DNA of 64,000 bases from NCBI RefSeq assembly GCF_011006175.1, contig NZ_CP048795.1, positions 1,168,491-1,232,490 of the forward strand. The letters run 5' to 3'. This document shows, piece after piece, positions 36,442 through 46,629 of this stretch (position 1 is its first letter; every line of letters begins with the position of its first letter). The notes under the pieces are model-generated. The model was not told where the DNA came from. It ran no database searches and worked only from the letters and a program-made list of their open reading frames with translations. A program made the translations under genes and the position numbers. This DNA comes from Pampinifervens florentissimum (lineage in GTDB: Bacteria > Aquificota > Aquificia > Aquificales > Aquificaceae).

Positions 36442-39400
36442 ATGGAGCTCACAAGGCGAAGTTTTCTAAAAGTTGCAGGCGTTTCTGCGGGTGCTACCCT
36501 TACTGGTGGGCTCGGTTTTGACCTAAAGCCTGCCATGGCGAGGGTTAGAGACCTTAAGATTTCCAACGCAAAGGCTGTAAAAAGCACATGTCCCTATTGT
36601 TCTGTTTCCTGCGGGGTAATAATCTACAGCCTTACCGATGGTGCTATGAACGTAAAGCCAAGGGTCATACATGTGGAGGGCAACCCAGATGACCCAGTTA
36701 ACAGAGGAACATTGTGTCCAAAAGGTGCGACACTTAGAGATTTTATAAATTCACCTCAGCGTCTTAAAAAGCCCCTTTATAGACCACCTGGGGCTAGAGA
36801 TTGGCAGGAGATAAGCTGGGAAGAAGCTCTAGACAGGATAGCTCGTCTAATAAAGCATACGAGGGACAGAACTTTTATAGAAAAGGATGAACAAGGAAGA
36901 ACCGTCAACAGATGTGAAAGCATAGCTTGGGTTGAAGGTAGCACCATAGCTAACGAAGAGGGCTACCTGTGGGTAAAGATGGGGGTTGCCCTCGGGCTTG
37001 TTGCACGGGAAACCCAGGCGCGAATATGACACGCACCAACGGTGGCCAGTTTGGCCCCAAGATTTGGAAGAGGTGCGATGACCAATGGATGGAACGACAT
37101 AAAGAACGCAGACCTAATACTGGTTATGGGAGGAAATCCTGCGGAGAACCATCCCTGTGGCTTCAAATGGGCGATAAAAGCGCGTCAAGAAAGGGGAGCC
37201 AAGATAATTTGCATAGACCCAAGGTTCAACAGAACCGCTGCGGTTTCTGATATATTCCTGCAGATAAGACCTGGGTCTGACATAGCCTTTATGGGTGGTC
37301 TTATAAACTATGTGCTTCAGAACAAGAAATACAACGAAGAGTATGTAAAGCACTTTACAAACGCTGCATACATAGTAAAAGACACTTACAGCTTTGACCC
37401 ACAGACAGGTCTATTCTCGGGTTATGACCCAGAGAAAAGAAAGTATGACCAGTCCCTTTGGGGATACGAGCTTGACGAGAAGGGTATGGTAAAGAAGGAT
37501 ATGACCCTTCAGCATCCAAGATGTGTCTTTCAGCTTATGAAGGAGTTCTACTCAAGGTATACGCCAGAAGTAGTAGAAAAGCTTACAGGCATCCCAAAGG
37601 ACAAGTTCCTTGAGGTGGCAAAGCTCATAGCGGAAACCTCTGCACCAGACAAGTCAATGACACACCTCTACGCTCTCGGATGGACACATCACTCCACAGG
37701 AACACAGCTCATAGGTTCTATGGCTATACTTCAGCTCCTTCTTGGAAACATAGGGGTTCCTGGCGGTGGTGTAAACGCTCTAAGAGGTCATTCAAATGTG
37801 CAGGGCATGACCGACCTAGCAGGAGAAGGAAGATTTCTACCAGGATATCTAAAACCACCAATGGCAAATCAGCAGACTCTTAGGGACCACATAGAAGCAA
37901 ACACTCCAAAGGCTGTGGACACTTCAATGAATTACTGGTCTAACTATGGTAAATTCTATGTAAGCCTTCTCAAAGCATGGTTCGGAGACGCTGCAACCCC
38001 AGAGAACGAGTTCGCATACCACTATCTGCCAAAGCTGGAAAAGGTCATTTCCATGGACGAGATACTAGACAGGATGTATAGGGGTAAGATGGAAGGCTTT
38101 GTTTCCGTGGGTATGAACATACTTGCAAGCAATCCAAACGTCAAGAAGATAGCGGAAGGACTTGGAAAGCTAAAGTGGATGGTGGTTATCGATGTCTTTG
38201 AGACGGAGATGGCAGGCTTTTGGAAGTATGTGGATGACCCATCAAAGGTTCAAACAGAGGTATTCCTCTTACCATCCGCTCTGTTTGCGGAGAAAGAGGG
38301 GTCTTATACCAACAGTGGAAGGGTTATAAAGTGGAAATACAAGGCGGTAGACCCACCAGGGGATGCAAAGGACGAGCTATGGATAGCGGGTCAGCTGTGG
38401 ATGAGGCTCAAAAACCTTTACAAGAAGGAAGGTGGTAAGTTCCCTGACCCTATACTAAACCTCACATGGAACTTCCAAAACCCCTACTATCCAACTGCCG
38501 AAGAGGTCTTGAGAGAAATGAACGGCTACGCCCTTGCGGACCTTACAGATGACAAGGGTAATGTGGTGGTTAAAAAGGGTGAAAGGCTACCCGGTTTTGG
38601 TGTGCTAAGGGATGATGGGACAACAGCCTGTGGCATGTGGCTCTACTCTGGTGTTTTCCCTCAATCGGGCAACAGGGCAAAGTCTACAGACCTCTCCGAC
38701 CCATCAGGTTTGGGAATCTATCCGGGCTACGGCTACAGCTGGCCAGCCAACAGAAGGATACTCTACAACAGGGCATCCGCAGACCCAAGCGGTAAGCCTT
38801 GGAGCGAAAAGAAGAAATACATCTGGTGGAACGAGGCGGAAGGTAAATGGGTTGGCTACGACGTGCCAGACATAAAACCAGACCTCACACCCGATTATGG
38901 ACCCTTCATAATGCTTCCAGAAGGAAGAGGTAGGCTCTTCTGTGCACCTCTTGTGGATGGACCCTTCCCAGAACACTACGAACCCTTTGAGTCTCCAGTA
39001 GAGAACATCTTGCATCCAAAGACACCTCATAACCCAGTGGTTAAGATATACAAGTCAGACCTTGACCTACTTGGAAAACCCGATGAATTTCCATATGTGG
39101 CGACCACCTATAGGGTCGTTGAACACTTCCACTATTGGACAAAACATATCTACGGCACCTCTGTGCTTGTTCCCAACATGTTTATTGAGATACCAGAGGA
39201 GCTTGCAAAGGAATTGGGTGTAAAGGAGGGTGACAAGGTAAGGGTTGTTACCGCAAGAGGTTCTGCGGAAGGTTATGTCCTTCCCACTAAGAGGATAAAG
39301 CCTCTCACAATAAACGGTAAAAAGGTATATACGGTAGGTATCCCTATACACTGGGGTAATGAGGGTGTAGTTAAAGGTGCTCTTGCCAACATGATAACGC

Positions 39401-39477
39401 CCTTTGTGTGGGACCCTAACTCTCAAACTCCAGAGTTCAAGGGTTTCCTTTGCAGGGTTGAAAAGGTAAAAGCATAA
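36442..39477 (+). CDS. fdnG: Formate dehydrogenase catalytic (alpha) subunit, Tat-exported selenoprotein with in-frame UGA = Sec at 37027-37029
   Basis: RRSFLK twin-arginine signal. N-terminal 4Cys Fe-S motif (CPYCSVSCG). Both ORF-track pieces share one frame and join as …ARI-U-HAPTVASLAPRFGRGAMTNGWNDIKNADL, the canonical FdnG/FdhF selenocysteine motif. Mo-bisPGD domains follow. Confidence 0.9.
37030..37080 (+). promoter_or_regulatory. Predicted bacterial SECIS element directly 3' of the UGA
   Basis: Position immediately after the Sec codon. Potential stem-loop GGCCA-GTT-TGGCC, extendable. Not folded computationally. Confidence 0.4.
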
Positions 39478-39489
39478 GGAGGTGAAAAG

Positions 39490-40380
39490 ATGGCTACAGT
39501 AACCACAGAAGGAACGGTAGGATTGGGGTTGAGGCGGGTCTCCGCCTCTAAATCCCCTGACCAAAGCATAAAGCAAGCTGACCAGCTTGCAATACTTGTG
39601 GATGTATCAAGCTGTATAGGTTGTAAAGCTTGTGAAGCAGCGTGTTCTCAGTGGCACGACCTAAAGCCACCTCTCAACGTGGGACAGCAGGCATTCTTTG
39701 GTTATCAGTCTGGTCCTGGTCTTGCTCCTAACCTCTTTATGTATATGCGTTTTCATGAGGAAGAAACTCCAAATGGGCTTGTCTGGGCAATAACCAAGTA
39801 TCAGTGTATGCACTGTGCAGACCCGGGCTGTCTTAAGGCGTGCCCATCTCCTGGTGCTATAGTTCAGTATGCAAACGGCGTTGTGGACTTTGACCACTCT
39901 AAGTGTATAGGTTGTAAGTTCTGTCTATCTGGCTGTCCCTTTGATGTGCCAAGGTATGATGCAAACAACAAACCATGGAAGTGTAACTTCTGCATAGACA
40001 GGGTCTCCGCTGGTCTTGAGCCCATGTGTGTAAAAACCTGTCCCACAAACGCTCTGCACTTTGGAACAAAGGAAGAGATGCTTATAAGGGCTAACAAGCT
40101 TCTTGAAGGTCTTAAAAAGAGAGGTTTTGAAAAGGCATCCATATACGACCCACCGGGTGTAGGTGGAACTGGATACATCTACCTTCTGCCTCACGGGGAT
40201 AAACCCGAAATGTATGGGCTTCCAAAAGAGGCAAGCATATCACCTTTGGTGAGTCTTTGGAAGGGTCCATTAAAACTTATAGGCTCAGTAGTGCTTTGGG
40301 GAACGCTCCTTGGTGCTTTCTTACAGCTTATACTCTTTGGACCCATAAAGGTAGGCAAGAAGCATAAGAAGGAGGAATGA
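39490..40380 (+). CDS. fdnH: Formate dehydrogenase iron-sulfur (beta) subunit
   Basis: Four CxxCxxCxxxCP ferredoxin motifs and a C-terminal TM anchor. 296 aa. Confidence 0.85.
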   Translation: MATVTTEGTVGLGLRRVSASKSPDQSIKQADQLAILVDVSSCIGCKACEAACSQWHDLKPPLNVGQQAFFGYQSGPGLAPNLFMYMRFHEEETPNGLVWAITKYQCMHCADPGCLKACPSPGAIVQYANGVVDFDHSKCIGCKFCLSGCPFDVPRYDANNKPWKCNFCIDRVSAGLEPMCVKTCPTNALHFGTKEEMLIRANKLLEGLKKRGFEKASIYDPPGVGGTGYIYLLPHGDKPEMYGLPKEASISPLVSLWKGPLKLIGSVVLWGTLLGAFLQLILFGPIKVGKKHKKEE

Positions 40381-41018
40381 CCATGGAAGAAGTTAAGAAC
40401 CTTGAAGAGATTGAGGTGGAAAGGTTTTCAGCCTTTGACAGGTTTGTGCACTGGCTTACAGCCATACCTTTTGTATACCTTTTCCTCTCAGGGCTTGGTA
40501 TGTATTCTCCAAAGTTTGCCTGGCTACTTCCCTTCCTCGGAGGAAGAGAGTTCTCCGCATGGCTTCACAAGTGGGCGGGCGTAGTGTTTGCTGTTGGTGT
40601 TTTCCTTATGTTTCTAAGATGGGCAAAAGACTTTGTTCTTGACAGCGATGACATTAGGTGGCTTTCCAGCGTAAAGCACTACATAAAGGGAGAAGAAGAA
40701 AAACTTCCTGAGGTGGGCAAGTATAACGCAGGTCAAAAGATCTTCGGCTGGATGGTCTTCTTAGGTGGTGCATTGTTTCTTGTAACGGGTATAGTCATGT
40801 GGTTTCCTGAGAGTTTTCCTGCAAACATAGTAAGGCTTTCCATACTCCTTCATGATGTTGCTTTTATCTTGGTGGGTGCAGGTTTTATAGTGCATGTTTA
40901 TATGGGCACTGTGGGTGTTCCCGGTTCACTTTCTAGCATCATAACGGGCAAGGTTTCCGCACTCTGGGCTATGCACCATCATCCTAAGTGGTTCAGACAG
41001 ATTATGAGGAGGCAATAA
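40377..41018 (+). CDS. fdnI: Formate dehydrogenase cytochrome b (gamma) subunit
   Basis: 4 TM helices with conserved His ligands (FDRFVHW…, HKWAG…, LHDVAF…). ATGA overlap with fdnH. Confidence 0.8.
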   Translation: MTMEEVKNLEEIEVERFSAFDRFVHWLTAIPFVYLFLSGLGMYSPKFAWLLPFLGGREFSAWLHKWAGVVFAVGVFLMFLRWAKDFVLDSDDIRWLSSVKHYIKGEEEKLPEVGKYNAGQKIFGWMVFLGGALFLVTGIVMWFPESFPANIVRLSILLHDVAFILVGAGFIVHVYMGTVGVPGSLSSIITGKVSALWAMHHHPKWFRQIMRRQ

Positions 41019-41019
41019 T

Positions 41020-41538
41020 ATGAAAGGGCTTTTGCTGGCAGGACTGGGGGGCTTATGCCTCCTCGCTTCTTTTTCCTTTTCTGAAGAGCTAAGAGCCTAT
41101 GCAAACCTTATAAATACGAAGGGAGAAGAAGTGGGAAAGGCAGAATTTACAGAGACTGTCTCTGGAGTGCTTATAAAGATTGAAGCTTCTGGACTTCCAC
41201 CTAATGCTGAGCTTGCCCTGCATATACATGAATTGGGAAAGTGCGACCCACCTGATTTTATGTCTGCAAAGGGGCATTTTAATCCCTACAATAAAAAGCA
41301 TGGCTTTCTAAATCCCGAGGGACCTCACGCAGGAGACATGCCTAACGTTTTTACCGACGAAAAGGGTAGGCTCAAGGCTCATGTTTTGAACACCTTTGTA
41401 ACCCTTCAGAAAAGAAAGGTCAACAGCCTTTTGAAGGATGGAGGAACGTCCATCATGATACATGCACACAAAGATGACTATAAAAGCGACCCTGCAGGAC
41501 AGGCTGGACATAGGATTGTTTGCGGGGTTATAAGGTGA
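41020..41538 (+). CDS. sodC: Periplasmic Cu/Zn superoxide dismutase
   Basis: Signal peptide. HIHELGKC, GHFNP, HAGDMPN and RIVCGVI motifs. Confidence 0.85.
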   Translation: MKGLLLAGLGGLCLLASFSFSEELRAYANLINTKGEEVGKAEFTETVSGVLIKIEASGLPPNAELALHIHELGKCDPPDFMSAKGHFNPYNKKHGFLNPEGPHAGDMPNVFTDEKGRLKAHVLNTFVTLQKRKVNSLLKDGGTSIMIHAHKDDYKSDPAGQAGHRIVCGVIR

Positions 41539-42302
41539 ACTTATTCAAGTTAAGAGAGAAAGAATACGCTCTTGAAAGGCTAAGGGTATTAAAGTCAAAA
41601 TATCCAGAGGCTTCTGAACTTCTTGATTTTTATTCACATATCCTTGAATACCAGAGAGAGGTCTATGAAGCCCTTGAAGGCAAAGAACCAAACTGGCGAA
41701 AGGGTATGAAATGGTTTTACAAGCTACTTGAAATATGCAGAGAAAATGGAACAATGGAAATATCTGAAAGGGCAAAGGAATTAAAACAAATGGAGAGGGA
41801 TAAAGTGGGTAGTATGATAGATAGGTTTATAAAAGAGAAGAAAACAGAGGACATAGACAGGTTTTTATTTCTTGCCTTCCTTGGTCCCTTTTACGAACGC
41901 ATGGCGGAGAGCATGGATATTGATAAGGAGAACTGGTTAAAGACCAAGTGCCCTGTTTGTGGCTTTAGACCTCACATATCCTACATAGCGGACAAGGAAG
42001 ATGTGGAAGGTGGTAGGTTTCTCCTTTGTGTTTTATGTGGAACTGATTGGCTATATAACAGGAACAGATGTGTAAACTGCGGAAACGAAGAAGATAATTC
42101 CATCGATTACTACTACAACGAGGAAAACAGAGCTGTTCAGATACAGTATTGTCATAAGTGTGGTCATTACATTAAAATTGTGGATATGCGACTTGATGGT
42201 CTGGCAGTGCCAGTGGTGGATGATATAGCCACACTTGTCCTTGACCTATGGGCGAAGGAAAGAGGTTTTATAAGGTTTGAGAGGAATATCTTTGGTTTAT
42301 GA
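41520..42302 (+). CDS. fdhE: Formate dehydrogenase accessory protein FdhE
   Basis: Four CxxC pairs (CPVCG, CVLCG, CVNCG, CHKCG) in FdhE spacing. 260 aa. Confidence 0.8.
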   Translation: MRGYKVNLFKLREKEYALERLRVLKSKYPEASELLDFYSHILEYQREVYEALEGKEPNWRKGMKWFYKLLEICRENGTMEISERAKELKQMERDKVGSMIDRFIKEKKTEDIDRFLFLAFLGPFYERMAESMDIDKENWLKTKCPVCGFRPHISYIADKEDVEGGRFLLCVLCGTDWLYNRNRCVNCGNEEDNSIDYYYNEENRAVQIQYCHKCGHYIKIVDMRLDGLAVPVVDDIATLVLDLWAKERGFIRFERNIFGL

Positions 42303-42820
42303 TAAGCAGGAGAATTCTCCTTAGTTTTCTGCTTTCTATACCTATCTTAGGCAAGGTAAGGGTTATGGATATTGAAGTTCAAGGTTGCATCATAAAGGCG
42401 GACAGGCTATACAGGGTAGATGAAGAAAGAATGCTTTTCCAATGGGTGAAGGATGAGGGCTCAGGGGTTTACTCTGTGGGTTTCATGCAGGTGCTTTCCT
42501 CTCTCATTTATCCCCTTTATGCCATAAGGATAAAGCCTGTTAACACGGTGGTGGAGTTTGATTCAAACCTTGCGGTAGTTGAGTCTGGAAAAAGGGTCTC
42601 CACCTTTCCAAGCCCCCTAAGTGGAAGGATAGTAGAGTCTAACAAGATGTTAGAGAGGGAGCCTTCCCTCATAGTAAGTAGACCTTACGAGAGCTGGGTT
42701 GTTAAAATAAAGGCTGAACGTCCAGAAGAGCTGAAAAGGTTAAAAAGAGCTGAAGATATAGTAGAGATGGTTAGAGGTGTAATTCTTAGGGAAAAGATAG
42801 AGTGTCTGCCAAAGAAGTAG
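42299..42820 (+). CDS. Glycine-cleavage H-protein-like lipoyl-carrier-fold protein with a hydrophobic N-terminal extension
   Basis: VVESGKRVSTFPSPLSGRIVESN aligns to GcvH [22 protein letters not shown], with the Lys conserved. PYESWVVKIK matches PYAGGWIFKIK. Confidence 0.5.
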   Translation: MISRRILLSFLLSIPILGKVRVMDIEVQGCIIKADRLYRVDEERMLFQWVKDEGSGVYSVGFMQVLSSLIYPLYAIRIKPVNTVVEFDSNLAVVESGKRVSTFPSPLSGRIVESNKMLEREPSLIVSRPYESWVVKIKAERPEELKRLKRAEDIVEMVRGVILREKIECLPKK

Positions 42821-42914
42821 GGAGAGTTTGGCGCGCTGGTGCGGTCCCGGGACTTCAAATCCCGTGAGGGGTCCTGTTAGGGGTCCCTGGAGGGTTCGAT
42901 TCCCTCACTCTCCC
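42820..42914 (+). tRNA. selC: tRNA-Sec (selC), anticodon UCA
   Basis: 95 nt. 8-bp acceptor stem GGGAGAGT/ACTCTCCC plus discriminator G. Anticodon arm GGACTTCAAATCC is identical to E. coli selC. Long variable arm, TΨC GGTTCGATTCC. Confidence 0.85.
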
Positions 42915-42930
42915 GGTTTATAATACTGAT

Positions 42931-43266
42931 ATGAGGGTGGCGGACTATATAAAGGAAGGGCTAAAAAACTTTGTGGAGGAAGTGCCAGAAGGATATGGAG
43001 AGATTGGAAAGTGTAGCTCAGGCTGTCATTCTGTTAGGTTTTTCATAAAGGGTAGTCCAGAAAGGGTAGAGGATGTAAAGTTCAAAGCAACCAACAGATG
43101 CAAAAAGCTCCTCGCAATAGCGGACTACGCTTCGGAAAGGATTAAGGAAAGGGGGAAAATTGAGCTAAAGGAAGAGGAAGTGCTTTCATATTTTTCTGAA
43201 GAGAAGGAAAAGGATAAGCTAAAAGACAGACTAAATATGGTAAAGACCGCCTTAGGGTTGAAATAG
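42931..43266 (+). CDS. Hypothetical 111-aa protein, weakly IscU/NifU-scaffold-like
   Basis: GEIGKCSSGCHSVRFFIKG…VKFKATNRCKKLLAIADYA loosely parallels IscU GAPACGD…KFKTFGCGSAIAS. Three Cys. Confidence 0.3.
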   Translation: MRVADYIKEGLKNFVEEVPEGYGEIGKCSSGCHSVRFFIKGSPERVEDVKFKATNRCKKLLAIADYASERIKERGKIELKEEEVLSYFSEEKEKDKLKDRLNMVKTALGLK

Positions 43267-43283
43267 TATATATAATTAACCTT

Positions 43284-45203
43284 ATGGAGAAGGTTAAAGT
43301 AAATGTAAACGGTAAAGAACTTACTGTTGATAAAGGCACACCTTTGGGTGAAGTTTTTAAAGCTCTTGGCATAGAGGACGCCATAGGTGGAAAGTCCGGC
43401 TCAAGGCTCATAGACCTACTTACTCCCATAAGAGAGGATATGGAAATAGTGCCTATCTTTAAGCAAGACCCAGAGAGCCTTGAGATAATGAGGCATACCC
43501 TTTCTCATATAATGGCTCAGGCTCTAAAAGAGCTCTATGGCTATGAGAAGGTTCATCTTGGTGTGGGTCCTACCACGGAGGAGGGCTTTTACTACGATGT
43601 GGAGGTGGAAGGGCACACTATAAGCTCAGAAGACCTTCCGAAGATAGAAGAGAAGATGAGAGAGATTATCTCAAGAAACTACCCCCTCTTTAGGAAGGAG
43701 CTTTCAAGGGAAGAAGCCATAAAGCTCTTTTCCGATATGAAAGAAAACTACAAGCTGGACATAATAGCGAGGATAGACCCACAAGATACCATATCTGTGT
43801 ATGGTCAGGATGGTTTTACAGACCTCTGTAGAGGTCCACACGTGCCTTCCACAGGTATGGTGGGAGAGTTTAAGCTGACCCATGTGGCTGGTGCTTACTG
43901 GATGGGAGACTCTTCAAAGCCTATGCTCCAGAGGATATACGGTATAGCCTTCTGGGATAGAAAGGAGCTTGAAGAAAGGCTAAGGTTTTACGAAGAGGCA
44001 AAAAGGAGAGACCACAGAAAACTCGGTAGAGAGCTTGAGCTATTCCTTATAGAGGACGAGGTGGGTGCGGGACTTGTTATATGGCTTCCCAAAGGTGCAA
44101 TCTTGAGAAAGACCCTTGAGGATTACTGGAAGGAAGAGCATATAAAGAGAGGATATCAACTTGTATACACTCCACATGTGGGAAATGCAAAGCTCTGGCA
44201 AACAAGCGGGCATTTGGATTATTACAGACCTAACATGTTTTCTCCTATGGAGATAGAGCATGAAGAGTATTTTGTAAAGCCTATGAACTGCCCTTTTCAT
44301 ATAGCGGTCTACAAAAGCAAAGTGCGTAGCTACAAGGAACTGCCTCTTAAACTAGCAGAGCTTGGCACGGTCTACAGATACGAAATGTCAGGCGTCCTTC
44401 ATGGGCTTATGAGGGTTAGAGGTTTTACGCAGGATGATGCTCACATAATATGCACTCCAGAGCAGGTGGAGGAAGTAATACAGGAAACCCTTGAGTTTGC
44501 GGTTGAGATGCTAAGGTCTTTTGGCTTTGAAGACTTTAAAGTTTATATCTCCACAAAGCCTTCCGATGCCATAGGCTCTCAGGAGCAGTGGGAGCTTGCG
44601 GAGGGAGCTCTCAAAAAGGCGGTGGAGAAGGTGGGACTTCCCTATGAGATAGATGAGGGTGGTGGTGCCTTTTACGGACCAAAGATAGACGTGAAAATAA
44701 AGGATGCTATAGGCAGGCTTTGGCAATGCTCCACCATACAGTTTGACTTCAACCTTCCAGAGCGTTTTGACATGGAGTATGTGGGTCCAGATAACAAAAG
44801 ACACAGACCCTATATGGTCCACAGGGCCATATTTGGTTCAATAGAGAGGTTCGTGGGCGTTTTACTTGAGCATTACGCAGGGCTTTTGCCACTTTGGCTT
44901 TCTCCCGTGCAGGTAAAGGTCATACCCATATCTCCAGAAAAGCACGGAGACTATGCAAGAGAAGTGGAAGCATATTTGAAGAATAAGGGCATAAGGGTAG
45001 AGCTTGACCTTAGAGAGGAAAGACTAAACGCTCGCGTAAGGGATGCGGAGCTTCAAAAGATTCCCTACGTGGTGGTGGTGGGAGACAAGGAGGTAGAAGG
45101 CAAAAGCCTCTCTGTGCGAAGCAAGAAGGAAGGCAATCTTGGCTCTATGACGCTGGAGCAGTTTCTGAGCATGTTGACTGAAAAAATAAGAAACAAGGAA
45201 TAA
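43284..45203 (+). CDS. thrS: Threonyl-tRNA synthetase
   Basis: TGS domain, class II motifs (HRKLGRELELF, FRYEMSGVLHGLMRVRGFTQDDAHI), anticodon-binding C-terminus. Confidence 0.95.
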   Translation: MEKVKVNVNGKELTVDKGTPLGEVFKALGIEDAIGGKSGSRLIDLLTPIREDMEIVPIFKQDPESLEIMRHTLSHIMAQALKELYGYEKVHLGVGPTTEEGFYYDVEVEGHTISSEDLPKIEEKMREIISRNYPLFRKELSREEAIKLFSDMKENYKLDIIARIDPQDTISVYGQDGFTDLCRGPHVPSTGMVGEFKLTHVAGAYWMGDSSKPMLQRIYGIAFWDRKELEERLRFYEEAKRRDHRKLGRELELFLIEDEVGAGLVIWLPKGAILRKTLEDYWKEEHIKRGYQLVYTPHVGNAKLWQTSGHLDYYRPNMFSPMEIEHEEYFVKPMNCPFHIAVYKSKVRSYKELPLKLAELGTVYRYEMSGVLHGLMRVRGFTQDDAHIICTPEQVEEVIQETLEFAVEMLRSFGFEDFKVYISTKPSDAIGSQEQWELAEGALKKAVEKVGLPYEIDEGGGAFYGPKIDVKIKDAIGRLWQCSTIQFDFNLPERFDMEYVGPDNKRHRPYMVHRAIFGSIERFVGVLLEHYAGLLPLWLSPVQVKVIPISPEKHGDYAREVEAYLKNKGIRVELDLREERLNARVRDAELQKIPYVVVVGDKEVEGKSLSVRSKKEGNLGSMTLEQFLSMLTEKIRNKE

Positions 45204-45991
45204 TGTTTGGAAGAGTTGCAGTCCATATATGGGAAGAGGATTACGAGTATCTTAGGTATGTAAAGAGTTTGCTTTCCAGACTTAACATAAAGCCTAACTT
45301 CCTCTTTGTAGAGGAAGAAAACCTTCTTGGAGACCTCGTAAACTTCTTTTCAAAGCCTTCTGAAGAAAGGGAAAAAGCCATAAGAAAACACATAGAGGAG
45401 CTATTTGAGGACTACGAGTTTTACACTCTACCCAGCTCTGGCAATGCCACCCTTGAGCATCTTCAGGAAAACTATGACCTGATATTCGTAAAATACAAGA
45501 AACAGCTCTTTCGTAAGTCTGTGCCAGAATGGATAATATCTGGAACTGACGGCTTGAGGTTGTGGGTTTATAAGGATGGAGCTAATGCAAGCGTAAAGAA
45601 GGTGTGCCTTCCCATAGATTTTTCGGAGAGGTCTATAAGGCAAGTAGAATTTGCCCTTAAGTTAAGGGAGTTTATACCCTTTGATTTTGACTTGGTCTAT
45701 TCTATCAACATAAGTAGGTTAAAGGATAAGCTGTTTATTGGCGATTATGAAAAGCGTCTTGAGGATAAGAAAGAAGAGGCAAGGCATATGTTTACCGATA
45801 TGTTTGGCGAAAGGGACATGAACCTGATATTTCTTGAGGGAGACCCATACAGGGAGATGGTTAAGTTTATAAACTCATCCCAGTATGACTTGGTGGTTGT
45901 GGGAAGAAGAGGCAGAGGCATGAGGGAAAGAATAGGTAGCGTTTCCCTTCATCTTATAAGGAGCTTGAAATGTCCAGTGGTTGTCCTGTAA
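45203..45991 (+). CDS. Hypothetical protein with C-terminal universal-stress-protein (UspA-like) domain
   Basis: C-terminal DLVVVGRRGRGMRERIGSVSLHLIRSLKCPVVVL matches the USP G-loop region. Confidence 0.5.
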   Translation: MFGRVAVHIWEEDYEYLRYVKSLLSRLNIKPNFLFVEEENLLGDLVNFFSKPSEEREKAIRKHIEELFEDYEFYTLPSSGNATLEHLQENYDLIFVKYKKQLFRKSVPEWIISGTDGLRLWVYKDGANASVKKVCLPIDFSERSIRQVEFALKLREFIPFDFDLVYSINISRLKDKLFIGDYEKRLEDKKEEARHMFTDMFGERDMNLIFLEGDPYREMVKFINSSQYDLVVVGRRGRGMRERIGSVSLHLIRSLKCPVVVL

Positions 45992-46629
45992 GTAGGTTTT
46001 CAAAGATTTTCCTTGCACCCCTTTGTCCTCCTGTTAAGAGGGTTTTCAGGAGTATATTTCGCATAGAGGCTTATGGGCTTGAGAATATTCCAAAAGACCC
46101 TTGCATAGTGGCAAGCAATCACAGAAGTCACCTTGACCCTCCCGTGCTAAACAGCGTTTTTCCAGAGCCTTTGAGATTTCTTGCTAAGGAAGAGCTTTTT
46201 AAAGTGCCTATCCTTGGAAAACTACTTCCCCATATGGGTGCATTACCAGTCAAGAGAGGCTCTGGAGACTTGGAGGTGCTTGAGCTTGCCTTAGAGCTTA
46301 TGCACTTTGGTTGTAAGGTTTGCATATTTCCAGAGGGAACGAGGGCAAACCCAGGGGAGTTTCTAAGACCTAAGCTAGGCGTAGGCTTGTTGGCAATAAA
46401 AAGCCAAAGACCAGTGCTTCCTGTATACATAGAAGGGACAGACAGAGTTTTTCCAAGAGGTGCCAAGTTTCCAAAACCAGGACATCCCATAAGGGTTTTT
46501 ATTGGCAAGAGCAAGGTCTATTATGATGAGGACAATCTTAAAGGCTACAGAAGGGTAGCGGAAGATATAATGGAAAGCATAAAGGAGCTCGCCCGTGCCA
46601 AAGATAGTGAGCATAGTAGGATACCATAA
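45970..46629 (+). CDS. plsC: 1-acyl-sn-glycerol-3-phosphate acyltransferase
   Basis: NHRSHLDP (HX4D), FPEGTR, PVLPV motifs. Confidence 0.8.
   Translation: MSSGCPVSRFSKIFLAPLCPPVKRVFRSIFRIEAYGLENIPKDPCIVASNHRSHLDPPVLNSVFPEPLRFLAKEELFKVPILGKLLPHMGALPVKRGSGDLEVLELALELMHFGCKVCIFPEGTRANPGEFLRPKLGVGLLAIKSQRPVLPVYIEGTDRVFPRGAKFPKPGHPIRVFIGKSKVYYDEDNLKGYRRVAEDIMESIKELARAKDSEHSRIP

Noticed and set aside
36442-39477. ORF-track split of fdnG into a 195-aa and an 811-aa ORF, which looks like a frameshift or pseudogene
   Set aside because: Both pieces are in the same frame, separated by a single TGA inside the canonical Sec motif (ARI-U-HAPTVASLAP…). It is selenocysteine recoding, not disruption.
39067-39576. 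169-aa minus-strand ORF spanning the fdnG/fdnH junction
   Set aside because: Antisense to two strongly supported FDH genes and covers their RBS region. No domain signal.
42820-42914. tRNA-Sec region considered as a possible GC-rich terminator or attenuator hairpin set after the gcvH-like gene
   Set aside because: The sequence fits the complete selC cloverleaf: 8-bp acceptor, UCA anticodon arm identical to E. coli, long variable arm, TΨC loop.
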